Positions 49,884 through 59,508 are shown, counted from the stretch's first letter. The stretch is 64,000 bases of DNA from a virus (IMGVR_UViG_3300021963_007890:32001-96000); one strand, 5' to 3'. Translations and numbers: made by a program. Notes: generated from the sequence alone by a model not told the origin.

Positions 49884-50357
49884 ATGAAGAAAATTGCGTT
49901 GGTATTGCTTCTCATTCCAACACTTGTTCATGCTGAATTGGTTCAACAATTTAAGAGTCCAAGTTTTAACGGACAAAATTGGAGCAGCCATGTTCTTACC
50001 ATAGACAGTATAGAAAAAGCACGTAAAGATAACATCGAGAGCCAGAAGAAATCAGAAGAGGCTAAATTGTTAGCCGAAGCACAGAATACACCATTGGCTC
50101 GCTTTATGAGCCTGTTTACCAGTCAAGTATATGCTCAATTGGCCAGTCAACTTAGCACAAATCTATTCCAAAATAAATGCCAAGGTGCAGACGGATTAGC
50201 CATACCCGGTTGCGTTAATCCTTCAAGCGGAGTGTTTAGTTTAGATGGTAATACTATTACCTGGGTAAAAACGGACAAAGATGTTACTTTGACAGTGGTT
50301 GATAAGGCAGGCACCGTAACTGTTGTCAAAGTTCCTATAGCAAGTTTTGGATTCTAA
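49884..50357 (+). CDS. csgF: Curli assembly protein CsgF-like
   Basis: Signal peptide followed by ELVQQFKSPSFNG (CsgF 'F.NP.FGG'-like N-terminus), then SQVYAQLASQL...LF. Confidence 0.75.
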   Translation: MKKIALVLLLIPTLVHAELVQQFKSPSFNGQNWSSHVLTIDSIEKARKDNIESQKKSEEAKLLAEAQNTPLARFMSLFTSQVYAQLASQLSTNLFQNKCQGADGLAIPGCVNPSSGVFSLDGNTITWVKTDKDVTLTVVDKAGTVTVVKVPIASFGF

Positions 50358-50358
50358 T

Positions 50359-51270
50359 ATGAAGAATATATTTAAACTAACTATCATAGCGGCCAGTATA
50401 GCCATATCGGGCTGTAATGCCATTCGTCCAGTGTTAGATGCTAAAGCAGCCAGTGAACCCAGAGTCAGCCAAAACATGCTGAAAGAACTTAATCAAGTTC
50501 CAGCACCAATGGGTCCTCCTATCACTGTGGCTGTATATAACTTTAGAGACCTAACAGGACAACGTAAACCCAGTAACACACTGAGTCTTTTTAGTTCAGC
50601 AGTGACACAGGGCGCAGAAAGTTATCTAATTAAAACACTGGCAGAAGTAGGTAATCGTCAATGGTTTACTGTGGTAGAACGTGTTGGTCTTGACAATCTA
50701 TTAAAAGAACGTCAAATGATCAAACAGACTCGTGAGATCTATGACGGTGAAAAGGCCAAGATGCTGCCACCGATGACACTGGCAGGTGTTATCATTGAGG
50801 GCGGTATTATAGATTATAATTCAAACACACTGACAGGTGGAACTGGAGCACGTTGGTTAGGCATAGGGCCATATACTCAATATACACAAGATTTGGTCGT
50901 TATTAGTCTAAGACTGGTCAGTGTTCAAACAGGTGAAGTATTAACCAGCGTCACTATTGAAAAGAACTTACTATCTACAGCAGAAGGTGTTACTACATTT
51001 AAATTCTTCAACACTGCCACAAGAGCCTTTGAATTAGACTCAAGTCAGACTTTTAATGAACCGGGCAACTATGCTCTACGTTCGGCCATAGAAGCGGGTG
51101 TAATAGAACTTATTCGTCAAGGAGAAAGCCAAGGACTGTGGAAATACAAGGAGCAAGTGAAACATGACGTGGTTCCGACACCGCAGCCCAAAACTGCCCC
51201 CCAGTCTACTGAATCAGCCCCCAATCAAGGATTGGTCGACTCCAGCGGCCAACCAGTTAAAACAAACTAA
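50359..51270 (+). CDS. csgG: Curli secretion pore lipoprotein CsgG
   Basis: Lipobox ISGC, VAVYNFRDLTGQRKP, SSAVTQGA, WFTVVERVGLDNLLKERQMI, EGGIIDY. Confidence 0.92.
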   Translation: MKNIFKLTIIAASIAISGCNAIRPVLDAKAASEPRVSQNMLKELNQVPAPMGPPITVAVYNFRDLTGQRKPSNTLSLFSSAVTQGAESYLIKTLAEVGNRQWFTVVERVGLDNLLKERQMIKQTREIYDGEKAKMLPPMTLAGVIIEGGIIDYNSNTLTGGTGARWLGIGPYTQYTQDLVVISLRLVSVQTGEVLTSVTIEKNLLSTAEGVTTFKFFNTATRAFELDSSQTFNEPGNYALRSAIEAGVIELIRQGESQGLWKYKEQVKHDVVPTPQPKTAPQSTESAPNQGLVDSSGQPVKTN

Positions 51271-51286
51271 GAAGGACGGAGCGAAC

Positions 51287-52153
51287 ATGAAAAAAACACT
51301 ATTAACACTGCTGATGATCTCAGCATTTCCGGTAGCAGCACAAACAACAGTGGCAGCACCAACTCCAACGACCCCCGTTGATCCCACAGTGGGAGTGATG
51401 GCAGGCACCGCCACAGCACTGACACAGAGTGCGACCAATCGTGTGTTCGTAGATCAAGACGGCGAACGTCCTAATGTCAGCATTACACAAACAGGTAGTG
51501 GCAATACAGCAGGCAGTGATTCAACATATAGCAAAATTATAACAGGTATTGTGGATCGACTAAACGCAGGTGGTGTGCGTCAATACACAGTAAACAGTGC
51601 TTTGTATCTACGTGGTGACGATCATAACATTATCTTAAATCAAGTGGGCAACAATAACACCATTGCTATGAAGGCCATAAGCCCAGATGTAGCAGCACAG
51701 GGAGTAGATATTACTATTCAACAATTAGGCAACAGTAACTTTGCTGATGTCCTATGCGGATCAGGATCAAGTTCAGCAGGAACAGCATTGACAGGTTGTA
51801 AAGATGCTGTGCTGAATTGGAAATTTACAGGCAATAGCAATGCCATACAGTTTCGTGGCACAGGTGATGATCTAAACAGCCAGATCACAGTGACCAGTGG
51901 AAACAGCAATGAATTTAACATTGACTCTGTAGGTAATAAGCATAATCAAACTATCACCGTGGCAGGTAACTTCAATGTGTTTAATATCAGTCAAACAGGT
52001 AACAGCGCCTATGGTAGCAGTGTTTGGATGGATGTAAATGGAGCAAGTAATAGGTTTGCTATCAGTCAAGCAGGCACACAGGACAATGTAGTTAAAATTA
52101 CCACTGTGGGCAGTAGTGGAGTTTGGAATATAATCCAAAGAACAACACCATAA
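51287..52153 (+). CDS. Secreted curlin-repeat protein (CsgA/CsgB-like)
   Basis: Sec signal MKKTLL...AAQ, then repeats with Q-x-G-x-x-N (ITQTGSGN, LNQVGNNN, IQQLGNSN, ISQAGTQDN). Confidence 0.7.
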   Translation: MKKTLLTLLMISAFPVAAQTTVAAPTPTTPVDPTVGVMAGTATALTQSATNRVFVDQDGERPNVSITQTGSGNTAGSDSTYSKIITGIVDRLNAGGVRQYTVNSALYLRGDDHNIILNQVGNNNTIAMKAISPDVAAQGVDITIQQLGNSNFADVLCGSGSSSAGTALTGCKDAVLNWKFTGNSNAIQFRGTGDDLNSQITVTSGNSNEFNIDSVGNKHNQTITVAGNFNVFNISQTGNSAYGSSVWMDVNGASNRFAISQAGTQDNVVKITTVGSSGVWNIIQRTTP

Positions 52154-52162
52154 GGAGTTGTC

Positions 52163-53317
52163 GTGCGTTATTACTTTTTAAGTTTATTATTTTGCGCCAC
52201 CACGGCCTGGGCAGACATAGGTTCAGTTACAGAGATCACAGGCAGTGGCACAATAAAACGTGGTAAAGATTCTGTGACAATAGCCAAGGGAACGGTGATT
52301 CAAACCAATGATAAGATTGAAACAAAGAATGGCAAGGTTAAAATTACTTTTAAGGACAATACTACAGTATCAGTCACGGAACACAGTAGTTTGGTTATTG
52401 ATGATTTTGTTTATGATCCTAAAAATGCTCAGGGAGGAAAACTTGGTCTAAAGGCCACTGGTGGTGCTGTGCGCTATGTAAGTGGTGCCATAGCTGGTGC
52501 TAATCCTAATGCTGTGAAAATTAATACACCCACTGCTGCTATTGCTGTGCGTGGCACTGACTTTGTTATGGCAGTAAATGAAACTGGAGCATCTACTGTG
52601 ATATTGATGCCCAGTTGCGAAGATAACACAGGACCTAATGTAAAAGGTGCTGTATGTGGCAGTGGTGCTATTGATGTAGAAAGTGGCCCTAACCTTGTCA
52701 CTATGAATCGTCCATTTCAAGCCACTATGGTAGAAACAGCGGGCGCACCACCTACGCCACCATTGACAGTGAATTTGTTTGCTACACCCGTAGGCACTAA
52801 TTTATTAGTCAGTCCTCCACCTATAATGAGCGGTGCGCCGTTGGTAGCAGCCGCAAGAGCAGCCGCGGCAGCAGCAGGTGTTCCGGGAGCAAAGAAAAAT
52901 GACGCAAAGAAAGAGAGCAAAGAAGAGAGCAAAGATGGTGGCGACAATTCTGAACAGGTCGCAAGTAACCAGGCGGCAGAAAGTAAAAAGGCTCAAGAAG
53001 CCCCTGCTTCAGACAGCAAGACCACAGTAGCACAGGCTGAGGCCAAAGAAGAAGTTGTAGCCACTGCTGCCAAAGAAGAAACAAAGTCAGAAGATCCAGA
53101 ATGGCTACGTAAGATTTATAAAGATAAAAGTGAAACCAAACAGGTAGGTTGGGCCATAGAATCAGTAAGTCAAAATGGTCGCAATGTAGCACAGGTTTCG
53201 CTACAGATGAGCACACAAGTCCAAGTTAGCGTTACACAGGATATGATGAGTATCAGTAACAATTTTAGTTCAGGACGCCCTCAAGGACAGATTATAATTA
53301 ATCAAACATACAGATGA
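52163..53317 (+). CDS. FecR-domain protein (secreted)
   Basis: Signal peptide, IGSVTEITG, D.I.T...ITFKDNT.V.V.EHS.L.ID.FVYDP, INTPTAAIAVRGTDF. Confidence 0.85.
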   Translation: MRYYFLSLLFCATTAWADIGSVTEITGSGTIKRGKDSVTIAKGTVIQTNDKIETKNGKVKITFKDNTTVSVTEHSSLVIDDFVYDPKNAQGGKLGLKATGGAVRYVSGAIAGANPNAVKINTPTAAIAVRGTDFVMAVNETGASTVILMPSCEDNTGPNVKGAVCGSGAIDVESGPNLVTMNRPFQATMVETAGAPPTPPLTVNLFATPVGTNLLVSPPPIMSGAPLVAAARAAAAAAGVPGAKKNDAKKESKEESKDGGDNSEQVASNQAAESKKAQEAPASDSKTTVAQAEAKEEVVATAAKEETKSEDPEWLRKIYKDKSETKQVGWAIESVSQNGRNVAQVSLQMSTQVQVSVTQDMMSISNNFSSGRPQGQIIINQTYR

Positions 53318-55161
53318 AATACGGATATAAATGGGTCACAGGATTTGGCATATTTGTTCTTATACTATGCCTAAGTTTAGTTTTTATAGCAATCTCGCCT
53401 ACTCCGGCTCGTGCTGACGTCACCGACCTACAACTACCTGTAGGTAAGGTATTTGACAGTCAATGGAACGTAGGAGCCTGCACCGCAGCCAGTGGAACCT
53501 GCTCAGTCAGCGGCCTTGTATCAAGTCAACTTTATAGTCCATCAGCAGGATGGAAAAGTTTTACCTCAGGTATGACTGTGCGTTTTAGTTATAATAACGG
53601 CAGTGTGGCAGGCAACCCTATACAGTTAGAACTATGGAATAGTAATAATACTCTAAACACTGTGATGATACCTTATGGCAGATTTATTGCTTTTGAAAAT
53701 GGTGCTAATGAAGGTCGTCAATATATGTTTGTGGATAACACCACTTGGTATGGATATTATATAAATTTACAAGCATCAACCTCAACTACCAGTTCAACTT
53801 GGAATCACGGTGGTGCTGCCACTACAGCACAATATCAAGCAATCACACAGGCCATGGTCACTGCGCCACCGCCACCAGCCATACCCACAAATAATGTAGC
53901 ACAGACCAGTGGGTCAAGTCTATATCCCTATACCAGAGGAACATCAAATCGTGGATGGACAATACAATGGTGGGACTGCTGTGGCAGCGGTGGTTGGAAT
54001 ATGTCAAATGCTACCTGGAGTCAAGGCGGCACAGGCAGTGGATTTTATGCTTGGGTCACAGGATATCTCCGCTGGCCAGGTGCTCAAGACGGTGTAAGTA
54101 GAACCATATGGTTTAGAACAGGTTGGGATGACAAGCATAGATTATACATAAATGGCACACAGGTAACTAATGGTGATTGCTGTTCCTACTCTTATGGTTC
54201 ATATACTGCCAAACCTGGTGAAATACTTTATGTTCAATTTTATACAGACAACAGTGGCGGTGGTCCTACCAGTTGGGAAATAGCCTGGGATCCACAGGGT
54301 GACGGCACCTATGAAATATTAGGTGGCGAAAGCATAGGATTAGAAGCAGGTGGTGGTTCCAGCTGGTATTCAAGCACAGAGACTGCCGCACAACTTAATC
54401 AAAAGAATTCAGATCGTGCTCGATTAGCAGCATTGGCACAGGGCAATAAATTATATATCGCACAAAGTGGCAGTTACGCAGATGTTGATATTATACAAGA
54501 AGGTTCAACAAATTATATACAGGGTCGTGGTGGTGTAGGTGATGCTCAACTCATAGGTAATTATAATACTCTACGTATTAGACAAGGTGATGGCCTAGGT
54601 TCAGGTAAGAACCTAATTGAGTTTGATGTTAATGGAACTGCTAATACTGTGACACTGTTACAAGGGTGGAATGGAACTTGGCCCTCTGTCAGTAAGGATG
54701 GATTAGAAAGTGGCGGACATTTTATTGATCTAAAACTAACAGGTAACAATAACACAGTGACATTTCAACAGGCCAACGTGGGTGCGGCAAATTCAGGACA
54801 CTATAATAGATCAGAAATCACAGGTGACACTAATACAGTGTTAGTAAGACAACTATGGGGCAGCGCAGCCTATCACACATTCTTCGGCAACATTACTGGT
54901 AATAGTAATAATGTAGATGTATTACAGACAGGCTCAGCAGCCAAGTATATGGATCTTACCTTGACAGGAAATGGACACACTGTGGTGGCCTCACAGTCAG
55001 GCACAGGTAGTCATAGAGCAACAATTGATCTAACCAGAGTGCTAGGATCATCCACTTTAAATCTTACTCAACAAGGTGCTGTCACACAACAATATAACAT
55101 TACTCAGGCCTGCGCTAATCTTAGTGGTTGCTCAGTGACAGTAACACAGGGTTCGCCATGA
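53314..55161 (+). CDS. Secreted protein with PA14-like lectin domain and C-terminal curlin-like repeats
   Basis: Signal/TM N-terminus. WVTGYL...FRTGWDD...LYING (PA14-like). C-terminal N.V.I.Q.G repeats. Confidence 0.65.
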   Translation: MKYGYKWVTGFGIFVLILCLSLVFIAISPTPARADVTDLQLPVGKVFDSQWNVGACTAASGTCSVSGLVSSQLYSPSAGWKSFTSGMTVRFSYNNGSVAGNPIQLELWNSNNTLNTVMIPYGRFIAFENGANEGRQYMFVDNTTWYGYYINLQASTSTTSSTWNHGGAATTAQYQAITQAMVTAPPPPAIPTNNVAQTSGSSLYPYTRGTSNRGWTIQWWDCCGSGGWNMSNATWSQGGTGSGFYAWVTGYLRWPGAQDGVSRTIWFRTGWDDKHRLYINGTQVTNGDCCSYSYGSYTAKPGEILYVQFYTDNSGGGPTSWEIAWDPQGDGTYEILGGESIGLEAGGGSSWYSSTETAAQLNQKNSDRARLAALAQGNKLYIAQSGSYADVDIIQEGSTNYIQGRGGVGDAQLIGNYNTLRIRQGDGLGSGKNLIEFDVNGTANTVTLLQGWNGTWPSVSKDGLESGGHFIDLKLTGNNNTVTFQQANVGAANSGHYNRSEITGDTNTVLVRQLWGSAAYHTFFGNITGNSNNVDVLQTGSAAKYMDLTLTGNGHTVVASQSGTGSHRATIDLTRVLGSSTLNLTQQGAVTQQYNITQACANLSGCSVTVTQGSP

Positions 55162-55391
55162 ACATCAATCAATTACACAAAGAAATTTGTCTACAGATCT
55201 TTCGTGTGATAGAATTATGCTATAGTCAAGGTGTTACAACAACCTGGCGTGACATTTATCTATTTCTTAGACTACCTAAAAAAATTTGGGAAGGTGATAC
55301 TGATTTAGATGAAAAAATTATAGTATCTTCAGATGAAGAACTAGAAATGATCCGCGACCTTTTAATGGCCAACTTCGCTACAAAACATTAA
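55158..55391 (+). CDS. Hypothetical protein
   Basis: ATG overlaps the upstream stop; 77 aa. Confidence 0.5.
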   Translation: MNINQLHKEICLQIFRVIELCYSQGVTTTWRDIYLFLRLPKKIWEGDTDLDEKIIVSSDEELEMIRDLLMANFATKH

Positions 55392-55399
55392 ATATACAC

Positions 55400-55476
55400 A
55401 TAGGATCCTTACAGCAAAATTATTTGGCCTTCTTGATCGCTGTTCACAGCGTGTGATATCCCAAAACGGATCCTGT
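55400..55476 (+). ncRNA. Candidate small structured RNA / structured leader
   Basis: Follows TAAATA (55389). Closing stem AGGATCC/GGATCCT, unpaired TTACAGCAA, inner hairpin CGCTG-TTCA-CAGCG. Confidence 0.4.
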
Positions 55477-55491
55477 TTATAAAGCAACCAC

Positions 55492-55788
55492 ATGAAAAAA
55501 TTCTTATTAGTATTGTTGTTATTTCCATTCACTGCTCATGCTCAACAAACTGCCTATAAGGCCGTAATGTGTGCAGATACTCAAAATGTTATAAAATCTC
55601 TTACTGGAAATGATTATAAAGAACGACCATTCTGGATGGGTGTTGATCAGAAAGATCATACATTCTCAATTTTTTATAATAAAGAAACTACAGGGTGGAC
55701 CATAATTGAATTTAAAGGTAAGACTGCCTGTATATTGGGCGCTGGTGAGGAAAGTCAATTAAGTCAAGAGCTAAGTAAAATAAAGTAA
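55492..55788 (+). CDS. Secreted hypothetical protein
   Basis: Signal peptide (AHA-Q) and two Cys (VMC...TGWTIIE...ACILGAG). Confidence 0.7.
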   Translation: MKKFLLVLLLFPFTAHAQQTAYKAVMCADTQNVIKSLTGNDYKERPFWMGVDQKDHTFSIFYNKETTGWTIIEFKGKTACILGAGEESQLSQELSKIK

Positions 55789-55802
55789 AGGGATAAAGCA
55801 TT

Positions 55803-56561
55803 ATGTTCATATTATCAGGTGGCATGACATTATCGGGAGGGCTCACATTTACACCGACCTATAATTTAGCCTCATCTGGATTGAGAGTTCATTTAGATGC
55901 TGCTAATACTAGCAGTTATCCGGGATCGGGTTCGACCTGGACAGATCTAAGCGGAACTGGAAATAATGCTACATTAATTAATACTCCTGTTTATAGTGCT
56001 AGTTTTGGTGGATACATAGGAGATAATGGTTCTAATACAGCATATATGTCGCTGGCAAATGCGTCTAGTACTCTAGTTTTCGGAACAGGTGATTTTACTA
56101 TAGAAATCTGGCATAGACCGAAATTTGATACTACGAGTGGTAGTGTATCTGCTGTATTATTCCAAATTGGAGGAGTATTGTTATCCTGGGATAATATTTA
56201 CAAATCTTGGAACGGTGAATCTATTTCAACAGGTGGGAGTGGAACTTATACCGCAAGACCAGATAGTAATAATAATATATTAGCATTGTGTCCTCAAAAT
56301 ATATGGAAGCAGGTAGTGTATAGAAGGCAAGGAACAACAGCACAGATTTTTTATAATGGGGCTTTGGTAGCTACTGGAACTGATAATGCCAATTACACAG
56401 GAGGAGGTCCTCAAGGTAATTATTGGATAGGTGAAAGAGATCCTTATCCTGAACAGCAATTTAAATGCGATGTAAGTATTTTAAGAATCTACAATAGAGC
56501 TATCTCTAATTTAGAAATAAGTGATAATTTTAATCTCCAGAAAACAAGATATAGCATTTAA
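55803..56561 (+). CDS. LamG/concanavalin A-like domain protein
   Basis: LRVHLDAAN..SYPGSGSTWTDLSG, FTIEIW, RIYNRAIS. Confidence 0.8.
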   Translation: MFILSGGMTLSGGLTFTPTYNLASSGLRVHLDAANTSSYPGSGSTWTDLSGTGNNATLINTPVYSASFGGYIGDNGSNTAYMSLANASSTLVFGTGDFTIEIWHRPKFDTTSGSVSAVLFQIGGVLLSWDNIYKSWNGESISTGGSGTYTARPDSNNNILALCPQNIWKQVVYRRQGTTAQIFYNGALVATGTDNANYTGGGPQGNYWIGERDPYPEQQFKCDVSILRIYNRAISNLEISDNFNLQKTRYSI

Positions 56562-56579
56562 AAATAAGGATAGGGAATA

Positions 56580-57488
56580 ATGTTAATTCAAGGAGGAGTA
56601 TTAATTAGTAGTGGAGTATCTATGATAGGTATTCCTTCACAAATAGATATTCTTCTTGTGGCAGGTGGGGCCGGCGGTACTAGGTCTTTTAATGGTGGCA
56701 GTCCCGGAGGTGGGGCCGGAGGATGGATAGAAGTTTTTAATATTGATCTAGTATCTGGTACAACTTATAATATCACAATAGGTTCCGGTGGTAACGGTGG
56801 CGGATATAGTACTTCTAATAATGGTAATGACAGTTTATTTGGCACATTGCTCACAGCCAAGGGCGGAGGCGCTAATATATTAAATGGTTTTTGGTCTGAA
56901 AATGGTCGAAGTGGTGGAAGTGGTGGTGGAAGTGCTCCAGGATCTACTTGGGTAGGAGGATCCGCAACACAACCACTACAACCTGGTCTAAGTGGCGCAT
57001 ATGGATTTGGTAATCGTGGCGCCAGTGTTGTAGTATCAAATGGTGATGTAGGAGGGGGAGGTGGTGGAGCAGGCGGACCTGGCGGATCTGTAACAACTGT
57101 TGCAGATGGAGGAGCTGGCAAACAAAGTTCTATATCAGGAACCCCTACATTTTACGCTGGGGGAGGTGGCGGAGCATCTTATGGAACAGCAGGAACTCCC
57201 CCTCAACGAGCAGGAGCAGGAGGCAGTGGTATAGGCGGTGATGGGAGCAATCTAAATGGTGCCGCTGCCGCTGTGGGCGGAAGTGGAAGTATCAATGGTT
57301 TACTAAATTCCGGATCTGGTGGAGGTGGAGCTTACGGATTCACTTCGGGAAATGGAGGATCTGGAGTGTGTATATTAAGACATCCAAATACAATACCACA
57401 AAAAACTACCACCGGATCTCCTACTATAACAACCAGCAGCGGATATATTATATATATATGGACTGGAACTGGAAGTATAACATGGTGA
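56580..57488 (+). CDS. Glycine-rich fibre-tip-like protein
   Basis: LLVAGGAGG...GGGAGG, YNITIGSGG, GGSGVCILR...WTGTGSITW. Confidence 0.75.
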   Translation: MLIQGGVLISSGVSMIGIPSQIDILLVAGGAGGTRSFNGGSPGGGAGGWIEVFNIDLVSGTTYNITIGSGGNGGGYSTSNNGNDSLFGTLLTAKGGGANILNGFWSENGRSGGSGGGSAPGSTWVGGSATQPLQPGLSGAYGFGNRGASVVVSNGDVGGGGGGAGGPGGSVTTVADGGAGKQSSISGTPTFYAGGGGGASYGTAGTPPQRAGAGGSGIGGDGSNLNGAAAAVGGSGSINGLLNSGSGGGGAYGFTSGNGGSGVCILRHPNTIPQKTTTGSPTITTSSGYIIYIWTGTGSITW

Positions 57489-57494
57489 GATCTT

Positions 57495-57866
57495 ATGGCA
57501 CATTTTGCTAAGTTAGACGAAAACAACATAGTATTATTAGTATGTACGGTTAATAATAATGTAATACTTGATGAACAAGGTATTGAAAGAGAATCTAAAG
57601 GAATTGACTTTTTAACCGGATGGTCTGGTGGGCACCGTAATTGGAAACAAACTAGTTATAATTGCTCTTTTAGAAAAAACTATGCCGGTATCGGTGATAG
57701 ATATGATCCTGTTTTAGATGCTTTTATCTCACCCTCACCTTACCCTAGTTGGAACCTAAATACACAAACTTGTAGATATGAACCTCCTGTTCCGTTTCCG
57801 AGTATTCATGAAAATAAACGATGGGGTTGGGACGAAAATATTCAAAACTGGATTGAAATACCTTAA
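57495..57866 (+). CDS. Conserved phage protein usually paired with Gly-rich fibres
   Basis: MAHFAKLDENNIV...WKQTSYN..FRKNYAGIG..YD...DAFI.P.PYPSW. Confidence 0.7.
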   Translation: MAHFAKLDENNIVLLVCTVNNNVILDEQGIERESKGIDFLTGWSGGHRNWKQTSYNCSFRKNYAGIGDRYDPVLDAFISPSPYPSWNLNTQTCRYEPPVPFPSIHENKRWGWDENIQNWIEIP

Positions 57867-57900
57867 TTCTATATAGAAAAATTAAACACAGGGAGACGCA

Positions 57901-58533
57901 ATGTTAGAAACTTGCTGCGATGTTTTAGCAGAAGCATATCACCGTAATTGGATTACCAGTAGAGACGGTAATCTCAGTATTAGATACCACGATCGTAATC
58001 ATTTTTATATAACACCAAGTGGTGTGCGCAAACAAAAACTACAATACGATATGTTTAAAAAGATACGTATTGCTAATAAGGGTACGACAGAATATCCTGA
58101 AGTCATAGAACAAGATGATATCAGTGGTAATTTACAGCCCAGTGGAGAACTGCCATTACATTGGGGACTTCAGAGACAAATGGGACAGCACTCAGAAGAT
58201 ATTCGTGTGGTAGTTCATCTTCACCCAACATACACCATAGCGGCCATGCACCGTGGCATAATCCTACAAGACCTAGTGAAAGACTTTCCTGAACTTAGTC
58301 GTTATACTAAAGTAGCACCTAATGTAGGTGATGTTGCTCCGATCAGCCAAGAACTAGCAGATGAATGCCACCGCGCCCTAGAGCTAGATAAGTTTGGCAA
58401 TATTGCCTATGACATAGTAGGCATAAAAGGACATGGAGTAGTGGCCATAGATACCACACCCTGGCGAGCCTTTGAGCATATAGAGAGATTAGAGCACATT
58501 TGCCAAATAGTCTTGGCCAGCGGTGTAAAATAG
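57901..58533 (+). CDS. Class II aldolase/adducin family protein
   Basis: DGNLS, ITPSG, PSGELPLH, VVHLHP, HGVVA zinc-binding motifs. Confidence 0.88.
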   Translation: MLETCCDVLAEAYHRNWITSRDGNLSIRYHDRNHFYITPSGVRKQKLQYDMFKKIRIANKGTTEYPEVIEQDDISGNLQPSGELPLHWGLQRQMGQHSEDIRVVVHLHPTYTIAAMHRGIILQDLVKDFPELSRYTKVAPNVGDVAPISQELADECHRALELDKFGNIAYDIVGIKGHGVVAIDTTPWRAFEHIERLEHICQIVLASGVK

Positions 58534-58589
58534 TGTATAATCCTTGTATAGGACAATAAATATCACACCTAACACATATAGAGGATTTT

Positions 58590-58886
58590 ATGAAACAACT
58601 AGCAATTCTAGCATTATCAGCCCTACCATTTACAGCACAGGCAGACGAGGCTCTACTTAAAAAGTATAACTGCACTGCCTGTCATCAAAACGCTGCCAAA
58701 CTAGTAGGACCAGCATATAAGGATGTAGCAGCAAAATACACAGGCCAGAATATGACCGATAAACTAGCGGCCAAGATCAAGGCAGGTGGTGCTGGTGTAT
58801 GGGGACAAGTTCCTATGCCCCCTCATCCACAGATTCCGGACGCTGATCTTAAGAAAATGGCCGCATATATTCTAACCATTAAGTAA
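58590..58886 (+). CDS. Periplasmic class I cytochrome c (c551/c552-like)
   Basis: Signal peptide, CTACH heme-binding motif, KLVGPAYKDVAAKY, GVWGQVPMPP (axial Met). Confidence 0.92.
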   Translation: MKQLAILALSALPFTAQADEALLKKYNCTACHQNAAKLVGPAYKDVAAKYTGQNMTDKLAAKIKAGGAGVWGQVPMPPHPQIPDADLKKMAAYILTIK

Positions 58887-58891
58887 CAGAT

Positions 58892-59050
58892 ATGAAATAC
58901 GCCATCGCTACATTTGTAGCCTTTATCTTGCCCGTTTTAATTGGTCTTGGTCTATACGCCATCAAGGATCAACACTACGGTGTAACTAACATATGTAATG
59001 AACAATTTTACCCAGATCTCTGCGGTAAAAAGACTGACAAAGAATCTTAA
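58892..59050 (+). CDS. Small membrane protein (52 aa; below the ORF-track cutoff)
   Basis: MKYAIATFVAFILPVLIGLGLYAIKDQHYG...; fills the gap between genes. Confidence 0.5.
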   Translation: MKYAIATFVAFILPVLIGLGLYAIKDQHYGVTNICNEQFYPDLCGKKTDKES

Positions 59051-59073
59051 TTTTTTAACAGGAGACACAGACC

Positions 59074-59448
59074 ATGTTCGGACTTATTAAATTTCTCATT
59101 TCTCTATATCGTGCTTTCGTAGCACTACTTGATCCCAATCGTAATGCGCTCAAAGATGCACCCCCTCAAATTAAGTATATCACCAGCGTATTTTTAGCGA
59201 CATTTTGGGCATTAGCATTCAATCTATATACAGGAGAACTTTGGTATCTTGGGTATAACATCATTGGACACTTTGCTATAGTGAGTATGGCATTTGTCAC
59301 TTGGTTGGTATTCCGTCATTTCCGTAAGACCTATACAAATAGATCGGAGTACGATCTACTACGTGATCCTAACCGCTTGCCCAAGTGTTATGAACTGACC
59401 GATGAAGAGAGACTACAGGCCGCACAGAAAGCAAGTTTTCAAAATTAA
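59074..59448 (+). CDS. Membrane hypothetical protein
   Basis: LDPNRNALK motif and two TM helices; SD AGGAG. Confidence 0.65.
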   Translation: MFGLIKFLISLYRAFVALLDPNRNALKDAPPQIKYITSVFLATFWALAFNLYTGELWYLGYNIIGHFAIVSMAFVTWLVFRHFRKTYTNRSEYDLLRDPNRLPKCYELTDEERLQAAQKASFQN

Positions 59449-59508
59449 ACCAAATCCCTGTATCTCGGCATTAAATATTCCATATTATGGCAACTATAAA
59501 GGCACAAC

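Noticed and set aside
55400-55476. tRNA gene
   Set aside because: It has a GTTCA loop but no D-arm/anticodon-arm cloverleaf or proper acceptor geometry. Kept only as an ncRNA candidate.
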